This document shows, piece after piece, positions 1-14,545 of a stretch of DNA of 64,000 nucleotides (the stretch's first letter is position 1; each line of letters starts with the position of its first letter). Below the pieces are notes generated by a model. That model was not told the origin of the DNA. It was given only the letters and a program-made list of their open reading frames with translations, and searched no databases. The position numbers were made by a program, and so were the translations under genes. This DNA is from Euprymna scolopes (Eukaryota), in the NCBI GenBank assembly GCA_053919585.1, contig CM132787.1; one strand, 5' to 3'.

Positions 1-410
1 TCTTGCCGACTGTTCAAAAGAATACACTTGGCAACTAGGTAAGCCCCAGCTCCTCTTCTGTACAATAGATACCTTCTTCGTACATCGCATTCATTTCTCG
101 TTGAGACACTGGTAAGCTTACTAGACCACCATGCTTCGCTCGAAGAATGGCAAGCAAATACATTTATCTAGCCGTATTGTGTGTAACATTCATATGTAAA
201 TCAAATCCCAGATTTTTTTTTATAGCTTTGCTTTGTTTTTATTTACATTATTCAGGTGCTTTTATTATTATTTCATCTACTTCGTTCTCTAAAATTAAAA
301 ACGCTTTCTCATTATTCTCAATAGATAAATGATTTCGTAATATTGTTAGAGGGTATCTCCAATTCTATGCTCATATATTTAGAGCAGTGCAAAACTTTAT
401 TCATCTAAGA
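1..410 (-). pseudogene. Highly decayed non-LTR retrotransposon RT C-terminal fragment (R2/NeSL/R4-like), tentative
   Basis: Minus-strand translation gives SKYMSIEL... and HNTAR*MYLLAILRAKHGGL, which resemble the YKYLG and RLYLPRxxGGLG motifs; multiple stops. Confidence 0.3.
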
Positions 411-429
411 TACTAATTATTTTCATGCA

Positions 430-3400
430 TTAGAGGGCGCAGATATACCTGACGTGTAAGCCAGGCGCATGGTTACCCTCTTCAAGGTGATGGGCCCATA
501 GTATTAAGCCAGGTCATTCATCTAGGAAGAGGGCAAAGTCTGATATAAAACCTGCGGGATGCAGGCTTCTTCAGTCGTGGGTGACAGCCTACCTAGAGTT
601 GGAGACTCGTAGAAATAATCCGGTTTTCAAACCTAAATTGCTTAAAGTATTCGATGGACTATGCCTATCGTTTAATTTTCACATTCCGTCTTTGTCTATT
701 GGCCAGTTGCATGGCTATACTACCAGGCACTCAGTAGAGTTGCTTTGCACTTGGTCTTGTTTGCTTACAAGGACAATTAACGCTGTTCCCTCATCCACAA
801 TTATTCGCTCTCCCTTACTCAACAAATTAGGTGTGCTTGTATTACACTTGTGTTCACCGTGCTGGTTTGGCTCGCTTTTGTCTGAGAGGTTGAAAGAACT
901 TGTTTAACATTTTGTCTATTTACTATTTCTGACCGAGTGTAAAGGAGTCTTAAATCAATCGTAACCATTAGATAGGCCGCTCTGTCATCAGTTTTATAAT
1001 GTTATGATAGTTGTAGTGCTTGGTGAACATAGAAAAAAACACTGCTACTATCTCTGGTGAGTTTTCACGAGAAAGAAACTCGGCTACTGGATTACTTGTG
1101 CATGCATAGTTAGCATCAAAACTGACATGCTTTGTCAAACACCTAATCCCAAAATTGAAATTAAACTGAAACGTAATATAATGATAGCTCAAACAAATAT
1201 AAGGATAAAACAAGACAGCCACCTAAATAATGGTTCGCATTAACAAATATCCGAGTGCGTAGAGTCTAACCTCTTTGTAAACTCATTGGATATATAAAAC
1301 AAATCTGCACTACTTAACCCCTTCTAACTACTTTAACATAACTGGATACTTCCCTCTTCTGTCGTAAGGATATATACATGGACGTTAAATCTATATTCGC
1401 CCCAGACTTGACTAGAGAACAACGTCTTGAATCATATAGGTAGACCTCACGTGCTTTCAACTCAAGTCAGAACTGTACTCTAATCAATCATGTTTCTGAT
1501 AAAATAGATACTGCATTAGATTAAACATTAACGCCAAAGTTAATTTCCACCATAAAAATCTTGGTTAGTTTCTCAAGTGCCGTAATTATAGCTTCTCTAT
1601 AGTTCATTTCTTTCCACATCTTATGCTTCTGCCCCGCATAACAATTCGTAAATGCCAGCAAGCTTCACTTCTAGACCTATTCCTTACCACAGTACGGGAG
1701 AGTTGGATGGCTAATGCTTATAGTAAACATTGCTTTCCTAGCTGCTAGAAAACCTTTTCTGTGGTTCCAGTTTTCAAGAATTCTGGCGAAAGAACTGACG
1801 CATTAAATTATCGCCCCATTAGCATTCTCCCGCTTTACGCCAAAACATTTGAGTCCTTAATTTACCAAGCTCTAGTCCATCAGCTTACAGCTGCTAAACT
1901 CCTGATCGACAAGCAATATGTATTTAGGCAAGCCCGTTTCACAGCCTATATCCTAACTGTATATACCGTATATATATATAACGTATATACCGTTCACTAG
2001 ATAAAACAGGGGAGGGTAGAGCGGTAGCCCTCGATATATCTAAGGCGTTTGACCGGGTGTAGCACGATGTTCTTCGAAGGAAAATTAGATCATATGGTAT
2101 CACTGAAAAGTTACAGAATGTAATTGAATCCCTCTTCAAAAGAGAAAAATCCAGGTTGCCCTAGACGGTCGTACATCTAAAAATATGACATAGATGCAGG
2201 AGTACCTCAGCGGTTTATCCTTGGACCTTTATTATTCTTGAAATTAATAAACACCATCCCTGATGAAATTGTTTCAGGCATGGATATATTTGCTGATGAC
2301 ACAAATCTCTATAACAGGCACGAGGGTAAAACAAATGAATACATATCTAAGGACATGGCAGAAACACTAGGGCAAGTACCCAATCCTTATTAAACCGGGA
2401 CAAAAATGAATTGTCACATTCAATGCTGCCAAGACTAAGCTTGTTTCCTTCAATAATTACAAGATACCTTCTCTGCACCAAATAGAAATGGGCAAGAACA
2501 CATTAGCTGAAAGCACTTCTTTTAAACTAATTTACAGGGAACATAATCTGGAATAGATAGATTGAAAGCATTGTCAAGGCTGTTACGAAGAAGGCGGACT
2601 CTCTATTTTGTTAGAAAACTTTTTACGCCTGAAAGTATCCTTTACTTCTATAAGGTCAGCATCCGACCATGTACGGAGTACTGTTGTCACATTTGGGCTG
2701 GTTCATCTGCTACTTGTCTCTCACCCCTGGACAGGGTTCAAAAGAGAGTCGCCATCCTGAAAGGTCTAACTGTCATCTAGGCTTCAGCCTCTGCCCCATC
2801 GACGAAATGTTGCATCCCTCTGCCTGATCTACAATTACTTTAATGGTGAATGCTCTGACGAAATATAAGCACTTCTATCCGCTCGAGGTTAATACCTCCG
2901 ACAAACCCGACAAGCAGCTAAACCCCTCCAATTCAAGTCGTGTCTCTAGGTGTAAGTTTACCTTGTTATCTCTAATAAAGGAGATATTGTGTGATCGTCT
3001 AGTCAGAGTTAATGTCGTGTGATCGTCTAGCTGTTCTTTCTATTAAATGATATGTTCATCCGTCGCTGTGTGTGTAGTACATGTATTTTTCAACATACCT
3101 GATGTGACGGGGATGTTGGTCCATCTGGAAACATCTCGTCTTAGAGGGGAGACCGTACCTGTTTTGGACGAAGGTTCATTCACTCCAATACGATGAATTT
3201 GCTTTATAGTTTTTATTTCACTTCCCAGATGTCTCGCAGAGGATGGAAAGTGAATCTCTGGCTTGTGTAGTTTCTCGTGGTCTCGTTTCTATACACGTCA
3301 GTGTCCCTCCCAGTGAAGGGGAGGAGACAACGATGAAGCCGTCCGTCCTCTTCTTAATCTAAACATAAATCTGCAGGATTCAGCTAACCTGATCACGTGA

Positions 3401-3730
3401 CTCACACGCAATCCGATTAACTAATCTTGACTTCCGGTCAACGTGTCTCGATATAATTTACACACCTTCCTCTCTTTCTCTCTCTTGATCCAATCTCTAA
3501 TATAAGAAGGCATTCTACTCCAATAATTTTTTTCCCAAAACTGCTACACTTTAGAATTCCTTTCCGGGATTCTGCTTTCCCAACTGTACTGACATGCAGA
3601 TGTTCAAGTGTATTGTGAACAGGCATCTTGTTCTCATGTCCCTTCATAATATCCATGCAACTTATGTCCTCGATAGTAGCCCCTATTCAAAGATGCACTG
3701 TGCCTTGTTTGGGGTGAAAATCGACTTAAA
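430..3730 (+). mobile_element. Decayed CR1-group LINE, family A-related (leader, APE/RT remnants, 3' tail), interrupted at about 2951-3490
   Basis: 560-670 aligns by eye with the leader at 44017-44105. Peptides VPVFKNSGERTDALNYRPISILP and EYCCHIWAGSSA are present. The 3' tail ...gccttgtttggggtgaaaa matches other family A copies. Confidence 0.8.
2951..3486 (-). mobile_element. Possible LTR (about 512 bp) with adjacent polypurine tract, inserted in the CR1 copy
   Basis: The minus strand reads GAGAGAGAAAGAGAGGAAGGTG (PPT-like), then TGTAA(3462)...TTACA(2951), with an internal AATAAA. It interrupts collinear CR1 sequence. Confidence 0.35.
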
Positions 3731-3739
3731 AAATATGGA

Positions 3740-4722
3740 AACGCAGACCACCCTGTGGAACGAGTAAACATCACCCTAAAATCCCGAGCCCAAGGTGTGA
3801 AGCTATTTCTGAAAACGAAAACTTACTACGAAAGGGCTTACTGGAAAGCTATCATAGATAACACCAGAGATGCTTTATAGATCAATACCACTTCTTTCTG
3901 AATAGTGTAATAATGAGACAACTGAATCATGCAAAGTGGACAATTACACACATATTTTCACACGGAAGTATTATAGCAAGCATTACTCTCCCCACTGGTT
4001 TACTAAAAATTGTGTAGCTGCCATTGACAGCACGCATTACTTCGGGTGGTACGTCATAAATACCACATAAATAGTACAAAATATAATTCATGCTAGAAAT
4101 TATTGTAAGCCACAGGCAAAACAAGGCTTGCTAAAATTACAATGGAAAAGCATAGAATTGTAGAAGATAGAAATATTTGTTATAGAGTAATAAATAAAGT
4201 ATAGTGTAATTCCTCCACTAACAACGTGATGATCGCAAGCATAGCAACCAAGACTGTGGTGTTGCTTGCCCGGCGATTTGCATTTAACCTCACCTTAGAC
4301 CCCAAAACGTCTTCCCATATTTCCATATGCGGAATGAAATCACAATTCGTGCTCTAAAAATCATACACGATATATAATTTAAAAAACTGATATACTTCCA
4401 ATGCGTGTAGTCCTAGTCTCATCTCTGCTATACTAATTAAAAAAATGTTCAGTTGAGACAGCCATTCTACTTTCCGAACCTTACAACAAATGCCTTGTTG
4501 AATTTTATTTCCCAAAATACCATAGTAGGCCTCTGCGCTACGAGTGTGGGATAATTTTCGAGAAAAAATTGGCCTGCTCAGTAATGACCCTATCAGTTTC
4601 ACCATCATGTTTGATCAAATCTTTGAACATTAATCCAAACCTTAGCTGAAGCTTATCTTGGGAGTATGGATTTAGGCAATGTCGTTCTAAGACAGATATT
4701 TTAACGGTCATATCCAAACACA
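3740..4722 (+). mobile_element. Decayed internal fragment of a CR1-group family A-like LINE
   Basis: Collinear similarity to the reverse complement of about 17950-18940, e.g. tactggaaagctatcatagata and gagtatggatttaggcaatgtcgttct. Confidence 0.65.
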
Positions 4723-4962
4723 CCCGGGAACCCCTCTACTGTTGTTTTGGCACCCCTTACTATACCACCCTGATCTCAACCCCCTCCCGCTACTATCACT
4801 TTTTTAACACCTCTCCTCCAGGTTTCTTACTCGACCCAGGCAACGCCGAAGAACCCAACTACTATACCAATTTTATTTTTAACACCTTTTGATTCCCCCC
4901 CTCGCGGTGCCTTTCTACACAACCTCCACACACCTGGGCAACACCGGGTACCCCCGCTAGTT
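4723..4962 (+). mobile_element. Non-autonomous Helitron-like 3' ends, about three tandem copies
   Basis: Repeated CCCGGGCAACGCCGGG-type hairpin; the last copy is followed by GCTAGT. Confidence 0.5.
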
Positions 4963-6034
4963 AAAAATGAATTAATACGTATATGTTTTTTAGATCATAC
5001 TATTTTATAAGCGAAAATAAGCATATATTGACGCTGTCAGAAAAGATCGATAAAAAGTTATAAAACATCCACAATAAGATGGGGTAAGTTGGAAGACCTG
5101 GAGTGTATTTGGACAGACATGAAACGTGATCAATCAGGAATGGTGACAAGTCTAGATGATGTAGATATAATTTAAGTCGATGGCTTAAATTTGTCCCTTA
5201 TTATTATATAATACATTTTCCATAAAGAGTGTTTGTTACATTTGCAATTGAAATCTTATTATTTTCTATAATGTGCAGAATTATTTGACATAATTTGAAA
5301 ATATCCATTCTTGTTAAATTTTATTTATACCTTCATTAATCATTATGGATCCAATAATCTACTTCGTTTTTTCTTTATTTATCCCATTATGTAACGTTAC
5401 GTGGCGTTACACTTTTCTCTTAAAATAAAAATGAAAACAAAATGAAAAATAAAATAAAAGCATTTATTACCGTTACTATCCGGTATGGACACAACTTAAA
5501 AAGTCTCTCGCTGCCACATGTTCATTTCGTATGATGCGTTTCTGTTTCTCCCGACCGCACGCTGGCCACAGCTATGCCATATTCGCCTTTACTATACACG
5601 TCCGTCTCCTTTCAACCTGCACTGTATTTTTTTCCATTCAATTTTCTGGTTATTTTCCTCGTTTCATTTTCGTTGTTCTTATGTTTTGCTGTAGCTCAAT
5701 AATTCTTATTTATAATTTAGCATAGAAACTATAGACATATAGCCAGCTGGGAAGGAAAAATAAACTAATATCTTTTATTTGCTAACTTTAATGTCGAGGG
5801 GATCTTGTGATAAGTTAAATTATCTAGCTTTAAAGGTTTTCCGACACTTCTGCAAACATTGCGAACGGAGCGAATATATTTAACTTCTTTTTTTTCATAC
5901 GCCAAACTGCGGATATTTTTATATTTTATTTTCAAATATTATGACTTAAAAACACATCCGGGTTATTATCTCCATTGTATTATTGTTGACAATCTAGTAA
6001 GGACTTAATGCTACACTCTCTCTATATATATATA

Positions 6035-6570
6035 TTTTTTTACACCGTTATCACCACTTATCAAGGCCCGGAGGCCACTCAGGGATAAGGGTTATTGCAA
6101 GTACATTACGTTAGTGTGGAGATTTGATGAAGTGTTTACTTAAGGATGCGGTTCATTAGAAATTTGTTAACATTAGACTTGAAGACATCCAAGTTGTAGT
6201 TCGGAGGGAAGCAGGCAGACGGAACAGAGTTCCACAGGCGTGCAGTTCTAAGAAAGAAGCTTTGTTCATGGAATCCGCGTTTTGATTTAGGCACAGATAT
6301 AGAGTGGGGGAAATTTTTCACAGTGGATTCAGCTAGACTGCTGTTTTTCGTGAAAGATTGGCGAGGGAGGACCAGGGATTGGAGTTCAGACGAGCACCTG
6401 CCATGAAAATAACGATAAAACAAGGATAGGCTCGCAACGTCTCTCCTGTGGGAGAGGGGTTGCAGGGTAGAGAAAAGGGCATCCCCCACTAAACCACGAA
6501 GTCTATTTTGTACTCTGTCAAGGCATGATAGGCTGTTTTTGGCAGCTTCTGCCCAGATATGGCAACAAGA
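6035..6570 (-). mobile_element. 5'-truncated CR1-group LINE, family B, 3' end
   Basis: ORF 6136-6489 reads LQPLSHRRDVASLSLFYRYFHGRCSSEL...FKSNVN. The 3' UTR and A-tail are shared with 16083-16700 and 54475-55850. Confidence 0.9.
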
Positions 6571-6749
6571 TATGTATATAGTAAGTATCTAGAGATGCAC
6601 ACAATAATGTATTTGTTGTACCTTTAGTCTACCGCATTTTAACGTTCGTATTTCCTAAGACAATAATACAAATTACGAAAATTACAGACATTTCTTGTAT
6701 TTCCTTTGGTTCTGTATTTGTTGATTTCCGTATGCAAGCTAAAGTGAAT

Positions 6750-8600
6750 TAACTCCAGCTCTGATTAATTAATTTAGGTGTTTTCTTCAATATTTCGGCC
6801 GTTTTCATTATTGTTGTATCTTTTAAGCCATTCTTCTGTTTCTAAACTCTTCCATTATTTTTCCGAATTTTTTTTGCATTGTTTCTCATACACCTACTAT
6901 TGTTGTCTTTCAGTTTCACGCATTTGGTCCACTTCTCTGTCTCATTGATCTTCACTCTATGGTCTACTGGAACGGCTAAATCTACAATCTAACATGCCCA
7001 TTCCATTCTTAGTTTACTATTATGGCATCTGGCATTCTTGCTTCGGTGTCCCATAATATTTTGAGATTTTCATTTTCACTTACTGCTGACGGTTTATGTG
7101 TGTGCCATTTATCCACATTTTCGAAATGTAGATATCTGCATACTGCATAGTGTAATGTATTCCCTACTTGATCGTGTCTAGGTGTGTAATATTTTAGTCT
7201 ATTTTAGTGCATTCGCTTATTCTGTGGTTTATTGTATGGTTTATTTGTCCACAGGGACTATATTTGCTATTTTCTTGTGTCTTGTTGATCCTTACTTTGA
7301 TATGGTTGGTTATAATTGTGCTGTCCTGTGCGGCTCTTATCAGGTATTCAGTTTCTTTGTTTAGATTGCCATTTTTGTAGCCATGCCTATATTTTTCTTT
7401 GATTTCATCTTTTCTCACACTTATAAGCCGTCCGTGTAGCTATCTCTCTTTTTTCCCCATTTTTCTTTTTTCCTTTTATTCCTTATCTTGTTTTTATGTA
7501 TTTTTCGGGGTTTTTTTCTAAACTCTGTCACTGAGGTAATCATGCTTTCGATGTACTGTATTATGTGTTTTTCTAATTCTGATTTGTCTTATTTTTTTAG
7601 TTTTCTATACAAGCATGTTCTCTTCCGCCATCTTTCCGTTTAAAATAGAGACGATCAGAATCATCCTTTGAATATAGTGCATTGTGTATCGTTATTTGTT
7701 TCCTAATATTTCGGCCGAGATACGTCAGTTCTTCTTGTATGCAAGCTATATTATACTAATGACACTACATATGTATTTTACTTTTTATAAGGTTTCTACA
7801 ATATAGTTTAGTTCCGAAGTAGTTTTTACCTTCTGGTGTATTTATTGTAAACTTTTCTCTTTTATTTCTATTGTTTTCATGGTATCCTAATCTAGAACAT
7901 CCAAATATTTGTATCATCATGTTCACATAGTGCCTTCATGTATGTGTAGTTTTGTAGTTCTATGCCTTTCGGTGTTTCCAGTTTTCCCATTCTCATGCGC
8001 AATTTTCCATGCTAAATTACATTCCGAAATCCTGGCTGTGTTTATTGACGTCTTTTGTTCCTACTTAGTGTGTACAACCAATTTTACGTCATCCATGTTA
8101 CATTATACGGTTTATTCTTTTATGGGTATTAGTGAACTTGTATCCGGATTGACATTTTCTTAGTATATTTTAAGGGGTATCATATATTCTATAGAATCAC
8201 CTTGGAAGATATAGTTTTTAATTTTAATTTCAGTTATGTATTGTCGATCAGATATCTATTCAAGTCTCCATGCTCACATTTTGGAATAAGTTGATAATCT
8301 TGTCTGATAATTTGTACATTCTCAGACATTATGTTATCCATACTTGTAGGATCCTGTCGTAATTTTTTGTAGTCGATCCATAGCATGGCTACATACTTTT
8401 CTACTTATTACCTCCTTCATTTCCTTTGGTTCATGTATACTAAGGCATGTGTTTTTTTCATGTGTTCCTCTTTTACATTTTTTGCATCCTTTCTGTTTTG
8501 CGGGGGAGAAGTGAGCGGTTATGAAGAGAATGATAAATTTGTTCGATCAGTTGGGCTGTTAGTATTTTCTAGTTTGTAGTGAAATATGTTATAGGCCTGT
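6750..8600 (-). mobile_element. Decayed R4/Dong-like non-LTR retrotransposon (RT plus restriction-like endonuclease)
   Basis: Minus-strand motifs MLWIDYKK, IFQGDS, NMDDVKL, KYLDVL, ETEYLIRAAQD, a degenerate CCHC region and RMPD...VDLAVP. Confidence 0.8.
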
Positions 8601-9721
8601 AGTTGTGGTGATGTTTTGTATTTTCTGCGTATCTTTCATCAGTTTAGTTCTCTCTCTCTCTTTCTCTCTCTTTGACAACACAAGAAGAACACGATTTCAA
8701 CATCATACGGACAATTTTCTCAACTACAAAAAAATAATTTTTCTATTCCACATTACTGTACATATCAACATTTTATTATGCACTTTACATCCATTAATAT
8801 ACAATAAACAATATCTTTTCCAGTCATTAAAAAAATTCTTAATAAAACACAATCCACACACGATAAAAGAAAAATTTCACATTGAACGAACTGTCCATTG
8901 TTTCTCTCATATAGTACTTCAAGTTTAACAATGTTTTTTTAGAATGAGAGTTACCAATAACAATTTGCCACTGCCTGTTTCATTCAACATGTCCGTTTCC
9001 TCTTTTTCGCGACACACAGCATCTTATGTTGATTCAACATCCTTTTTTAACATTTTAACGAGCTGTTTCTTTTAAATTGTTACTTTGAGTTTATTCACTT
9101 TTTCTTTAATTATACATTTGTGTACATGAACATTTAAATTGGTAAAGACATTTATATCTATTTAGATCACAGCGACGATCCTTAGGGAGTTCATATTATG
9201 AATCCGGTGCTAGGACATGCAACAGTTCTTGTTTACACATATGGAGGGGGATACTTCGCTTATAATGGAGAAGTGGACAGATAATTTGGAAGGGTGTTAT
9301 GCAAAGTTCATTAATGATGATGATAAAACACATTTATCTTTTCAGTTGGTGGAATGACGACACGAAGACAAACAGTTACAAAATTTAGATGGTGATTTCT
9401 TTATTCATCAGCCGGCCAATTGATGATGTCAGGGATTCAAGACTTTTCGACTACATGAACAATCGCTCTATCTCTGACATAAATAATATTTAGTTATTTC
9501 TAAAAGAATTAACAATCGACTGCATTTCAATCATCCATTACTTGTTAACACTTGCCCATAGGTTAGATTCTAGCATCTTCCTCATACTATTTTTACTTAT
9601 CTAGTCTGCCTTCTTATTTACATGGGAAGGGGAAAGCCCTTCTTATGTAACACGTTTTCTTTGGTATATTGACCTTTTTTCGTTGTAAAATTCGAAACGA
9701 GCTTTTTTTTCTTATCGGCCA

Positions 9722-9723
<2 letters not shown>

Positions 9724-9795
<72 letters not shown>

Positions 9796-9797
9796 AT
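9724..9797. repeat. (TA)n microsatellite, representative of more than a dozen long TA tracts in the window
   Basis: Read directly. Others lie near 12422, 14679, 22618, 23768, 28806, 29251, 35355, 51824, 56568, 56930, 62750, 63420 and 63823. Confidence 0.98.
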
Positions 9798-10909
9798 TAC
9801 GTTCTAAAGCGTAGTATTTGTTTGTTTGCTCATCTTTTTCTCTTGGCAGCCCATTTCTTTATTTTATTCTTCGCATTGAGGTTACAGAAGGTCACGGACG
9901 GCAAAAAAAGCATATTATATACGGGTGGGAATGGATTCTTTATGACCGTGTATATGCCTGGTACCAAATTAATGTACGTCGTGTATATACGTGTTGTATA
10001 TCTATCGTACTGATTAACAGACAATATAACTATATGCACGTTGTGTTTGTTGTATAAATGACCGTTGTCATCAGACTATTAATGTCTATTTTACGGCCCG
10101 TGATTCATCTCATCGGGTGTTGGTGCCTGCGTGTCAGAACATAATACACGTAATATATACATGACAACATACATATTTCTACATTTTGTTTCTTCCGGGA
10201 GGATCGTAAACTCTCTTTAGGAGGAGGGGGTGAAATATGTTTAATGGAACACTCAAGACAGCGCCAAAGACGATGTGAGATTGTGTGTATTCTATTCATT
10301 TTCAGGCATTCGTTATAGGAGAAGGAGGTTACTGACGATCATTGGATTGGGAGGGTTCTTCCAAGCATCCATTCTGGGACCCATTTTTAGCCCATCTGTC
10401 TCTATTGGTGGACCAAATTAAACTCAACACTATGCTTGTGTAAACCGGAACACGTGTCACTAAAAATGTCACGTCCGCCCCCTTTAGGATCTTCAGTGCA
10501 AACTTGACCGGTCACAGAGTTTGACATGTTTGACAACCTGTCAAAACCTTACAATTCAAATCTCTGTTATCAATTCATCACTAGATAAATATATAATTTT
10601 ATAGACAAATAGATAAATAGATAGATAAATATATATACCGATAAAAAGATAGATACACTGATAATTAGATTAACATATAGACTTCTGCCTCCTGTTATCT
10701 AACAGGTGATTGAAGATGCGTCTTGTAATGTAAAAGGAGCGCAAGTGAGTCTTTCTAGCATTAAATGTTACTATTTATGATAAAACCTAATGAGTTAATA
10801 AATAATGACAATTATTACTTTCACATTAACGTGTATAATTTTATATTAAAAATAACCATAGTAAAAAAAATAATAATAATATTCCGTTTTGATGTGAGTT
10901 CGATTCTTT

Positions 10910-11416
10910 ACTAGTAATAAAGATGATTTCCCTGTGTTGCTTGGTCAAAAAATACGCTCCAATATATTTTAATATTTATTATTTATTATTAAACAGCAAA
11001 TCCTCTATTGTTCCTTATCCAAACTATATTATTGATTTCCAAACTATATTATTGATTTCCAATCTATATTATTGATTTCTAAACTTTAAAAAATGTGACT
11101 AGAGATTATGAGCTCTAATGGAACTAAAAGATGTAGCTCTTAAGTAATATTCATTTTTATTTGTCTTACAGATACATAATTTGAAGATTAATGACATTTA
11201 ACGTATAAATTGTATATGGCAAGGGAAAAATTTTAGTCGACTTACGCTTGCCAAGTTCTAATTTTTCAATGTTGACATTTTAGCAGCTATTTTACTCGAA
11301 TCTGTTACACAGGTCTAAATCCGATACATATCAAGTTTCAAGTCTGTAGATCAAACATTGAAGGAGACATTTGGTAGAGAATGATACATACAAGATCACG
11401 GTTATATATAAAGATA
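10910..11416 (-). mobile_element. Non-autonomous Helitron-like element
   Basis: The minus strand starts TATCTTTATATATAA and ends ...GCAACACAGGG...TACTAGT. It contains a 20-bp tandem repeat, about three copies, at 11018-11085. Confidence 0.45.
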
Positions 11417-12416
11417 AACATATTATATGCACTCTCAGAAAAGTTTCATATAAATCGGTAAGAATTCCTTTTTTCTTTATAGTTACATCAGAAGTACAAT
11501 TTTCTTTAACTTTCGTCTGACTATGAAAGCCGCCATTTTCTTTTACATTTCCTTTATTTCGTTAATAGAGTGATGTTAGCATCGTTTTCTTGTACACCCC
11601 GTGGTTGCCGCTTAAAGTAGCGAGGTTATAAGTCAACCTTTGTAAACTATTGGATTTCTTTTTTGCCAAATTTTATATTCTTTTTTAGTGATCACGTTCG
11701 AATGAAAACAAGAGAGGACACCTGTGAATTCTATTTCCTTTTGTTCTCAGTATCCACTTATTCGTTTGCCTTTGTCTGAAAAAAAGAGGGAGGAAAAAAG
11801 ACAAATAGTTTAACCTTTTCAAAAAAATGCGGTCATGTGTTCATATGAAAATGCACTGCACTGATGTCATGCACTTGTAAAAATAAAGACTATATAAAGT
11901 TCTTTATAAGATGTTAGACCCTAAAGGCGCAGGAGTTTCTAAGTATAAGTAAAATATTTCCGCGCTTGAAAATAATATTTTTGTGTAAACTTTCATTTCT
12001 AATTATCGTCTCGCGTTTTATTTACATCCGTATATGTTTATACTAGCTAAAATGATTACTTTCAAAATAGTTCCGGCGGAGAAAATTTGGATTGTATTCA
12101 CGTATAAGTCAAGTTTTTTATCTGATTACACCATAAGTTGGTAGAAAGTATCCTATTGCTCGGGAATGACGTCAAAGTAATTAAAATGGGGTACGTAGAA
12201 TCTGACCGACATTTCAGGATAATGCGTTGTGGAATGGTTTGACGTCATCTGTTCTAGTAAAATAAAGACTGAGGATAACGAAATGAGAAAGAGCGACATG
12301 TTTTCACTGTCAAACACAATGACGCCTGCATTTCTAGATGTCATAAATGTCATTCTGAAATCGAAAAAGTTGAGCACATAGCAAAGGCAAGCACAAAGCG
12401 TAAGTATTACTAGCAA

Positions 12417-12480
<64 letters not shown>

Positions 12481-12482
<2 letters not shown>

Positions 12483-14545
12483 GAGGTGCAGAGGTGGTTA
12501 CGTAATATGCAGTATGAATAGTGGAGGCAGAAAGCTGAGGAAATACAGCTCGCCTCGGATTCGAACAACACCAAGGTCTTATACAGCCTACTGCGCGCGG
12601 TTTACGGACCATCCAGCTCACCTATCACGCCTCTGCGCTCGAAAGATGGAGGGGATCTTCTTCGAAACCCTACCGACATTCTTCATAGCTAGAGGGGGCA
12701 TTTCGATGATCTCTTGAACAGACCTTCTTACGTTGATCAGGAGTTTGTTAGGTCGATTCCTAGCAATCCGGTCAAGGATATCTTGGCAGAGGTTCCTTCT
12801 CTCCAGGAGGGTGAAACAGCTGTCCATAAGCTGAACAATGGAAAATCTCCTGACCCGAATCGTTTGCACGCAGAGATCTTTAAATGTTCTGGACCCAAGA
12901 TGATGCAACGCTTAGTGGAATTGTTGCAGATTGCTTGGCGGGAATGAGTGTATTCCGCAGGATTGGCGGGATGCATTGATGGTAGTGCTATACAAGGGGA
13001 AGTGTAGCAGAGATGAATGTGGACACCATCAGGGCATCTCTTTGCTGTCAGTAGTCGGTAAGGTGCTCTGTAGGATCATGCTAGACAGAATGCGGGAGCA
13101 CATTGCTGACAATGTTTTGCCTGAGTCACAGTGTGGTTTCAGAAGATGTCGAGGGACAGTGGGTATGATTTTTACAGCCAGGCAATTGCAGGAGAAATGT
13201 ATAGAACAGCAAAAGGGGCTGTATCCCGTGTTCATCGATTTAACTTAGGCCTTTGATACAGTCAATAGGGATGCTTTGTGGGAGATTCTGAAAAGGCTTG
13301 GCTGCCCTGACAAGTTTGTAACCATCTTAAGCTCTTCCAGGATGATATGAAGGCAGTGATCAACGTTGGGGGAAAGCTGGCTGATCCTATCTCAGTAGAA
13401 AATGGTGTTAAGCAGGGAGACATTCAAGCACACACACTCTTTGCGTTGTATTTCACCATGGTCTTTCGGATGGCACTTGGGGGTGCTCTGATGGTGTCTA
13501 TATTCGTTACCGAACTACTGTTCAACACCAGGCGCTTCATTGCAAGTACAAAGGTACTCACCAACACGATTCATGACTTTCTCTATGCGGATGACTGTGA
13601 TCTTGTGGCTCATACGGTGATATATATGCAGCATCTTGTGGATGCTTTTGCGGTTGCCTGCAGCCCAATGGGCCTTAATCTATCAGCCTGCACCGGGCAT
13701 GTCATACTATGAGTCATCACTATATATCTGTGGTTCAAGGATAGCGGTTGTCACTAAGTTTGTATACTTGGGTAGCACACTGAGTATGTCTGGTGCCCTG
13801 GATGATGAAGTATCGTTACGGATCAGCAGGGCAAGTGATGCCTTCGGAAAGTTGGCCGGGCGTTTGAGGAGACGTCATGGGATCTTGCTGCCAACTGAGA
13901 TTAAGGTTTATGCCGCATGCGTTCTCTCTACTCTTCTCTATGGCTGTGAAACTTGGACAACATACAGGGAGCATTTGAGACGTCTCGAGCGGTTTCACCA
14001 GATGTGCCTACGGCGAATCTTAGGTGTGGGTTTGCAGATGTATGTCAGTGATGTGGAGGTGCTTGATCGAACCCAATGCCTTAGCATTGAGTCTCACGTT
14101 ATTAAGCATAGACTGATATGGAGTGGACATGTGGTGAGGATGTTAGACAGTCGACTATCCAAACAACTCATTTATGGCGAGCTCGCTGAGGGAAGACGTC
14201 TGGCTCAAAAGCCTAAATTGAGATTTAAGGATTGTTTAAGATCCACCTTAAAAAAATGTGAGATTGATGAAAGAATCTGGAAGAGCCTTGCTTTGGATCG
14301 CGGAGGGTGGAGAAGAACCTTGTGTGGAGGTGTGGGCAAGTTTGAGGCGGATCGAACCCAGTATGAGCGGCTGACGCGCGATATTGGAAAGGGAGAGTGA
14401 AAGGAGCCGTGGATGGGAGGGGTCGCCAAATTGGTCTGGAGTGTGAGGTGTGCGGAAAAATATGTCTGAGCAGAGCTGGCCTAATGACTCACCTGTCTAC
14501 TCATCAGCGCAGCGGGCTACAAAGCAGTCTTGAGTTGCCAGATTT
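12481..14545 (+). mobile_element. 5'-truncated RTE-clade LINE (RT and C-terminal C2H2 finger; stops and frameshifts)
   Basis: Motifs PQDWRDA, LPESQCGFR, GVKQGD, LYADD, LLYGCETWT, WSGHVVRM and CEVCGKICLSRAGLMTHLSTH; begins at a (TA)n tract. Confidence 0.93.

Noticed and set aside
430-520. HDV-like ribozyme at a LINE 5' end
   Set aside because: I could not assemble the nested double-pseudoknot pairing (P1, P1.1, P2, P3, P4) by eye
545-578. Minus-strand CTGAAGA followed by a GCCTGC/GCAGGT hairpin as a hammerhead
   Set aside because: The required GAAA and stem III are absent; it lies within the CR1 leader
9669-10013. ORFs with YIYIYI runs, here and at several other sites
   Set aside because: They are translations of (TA)n microsatellites
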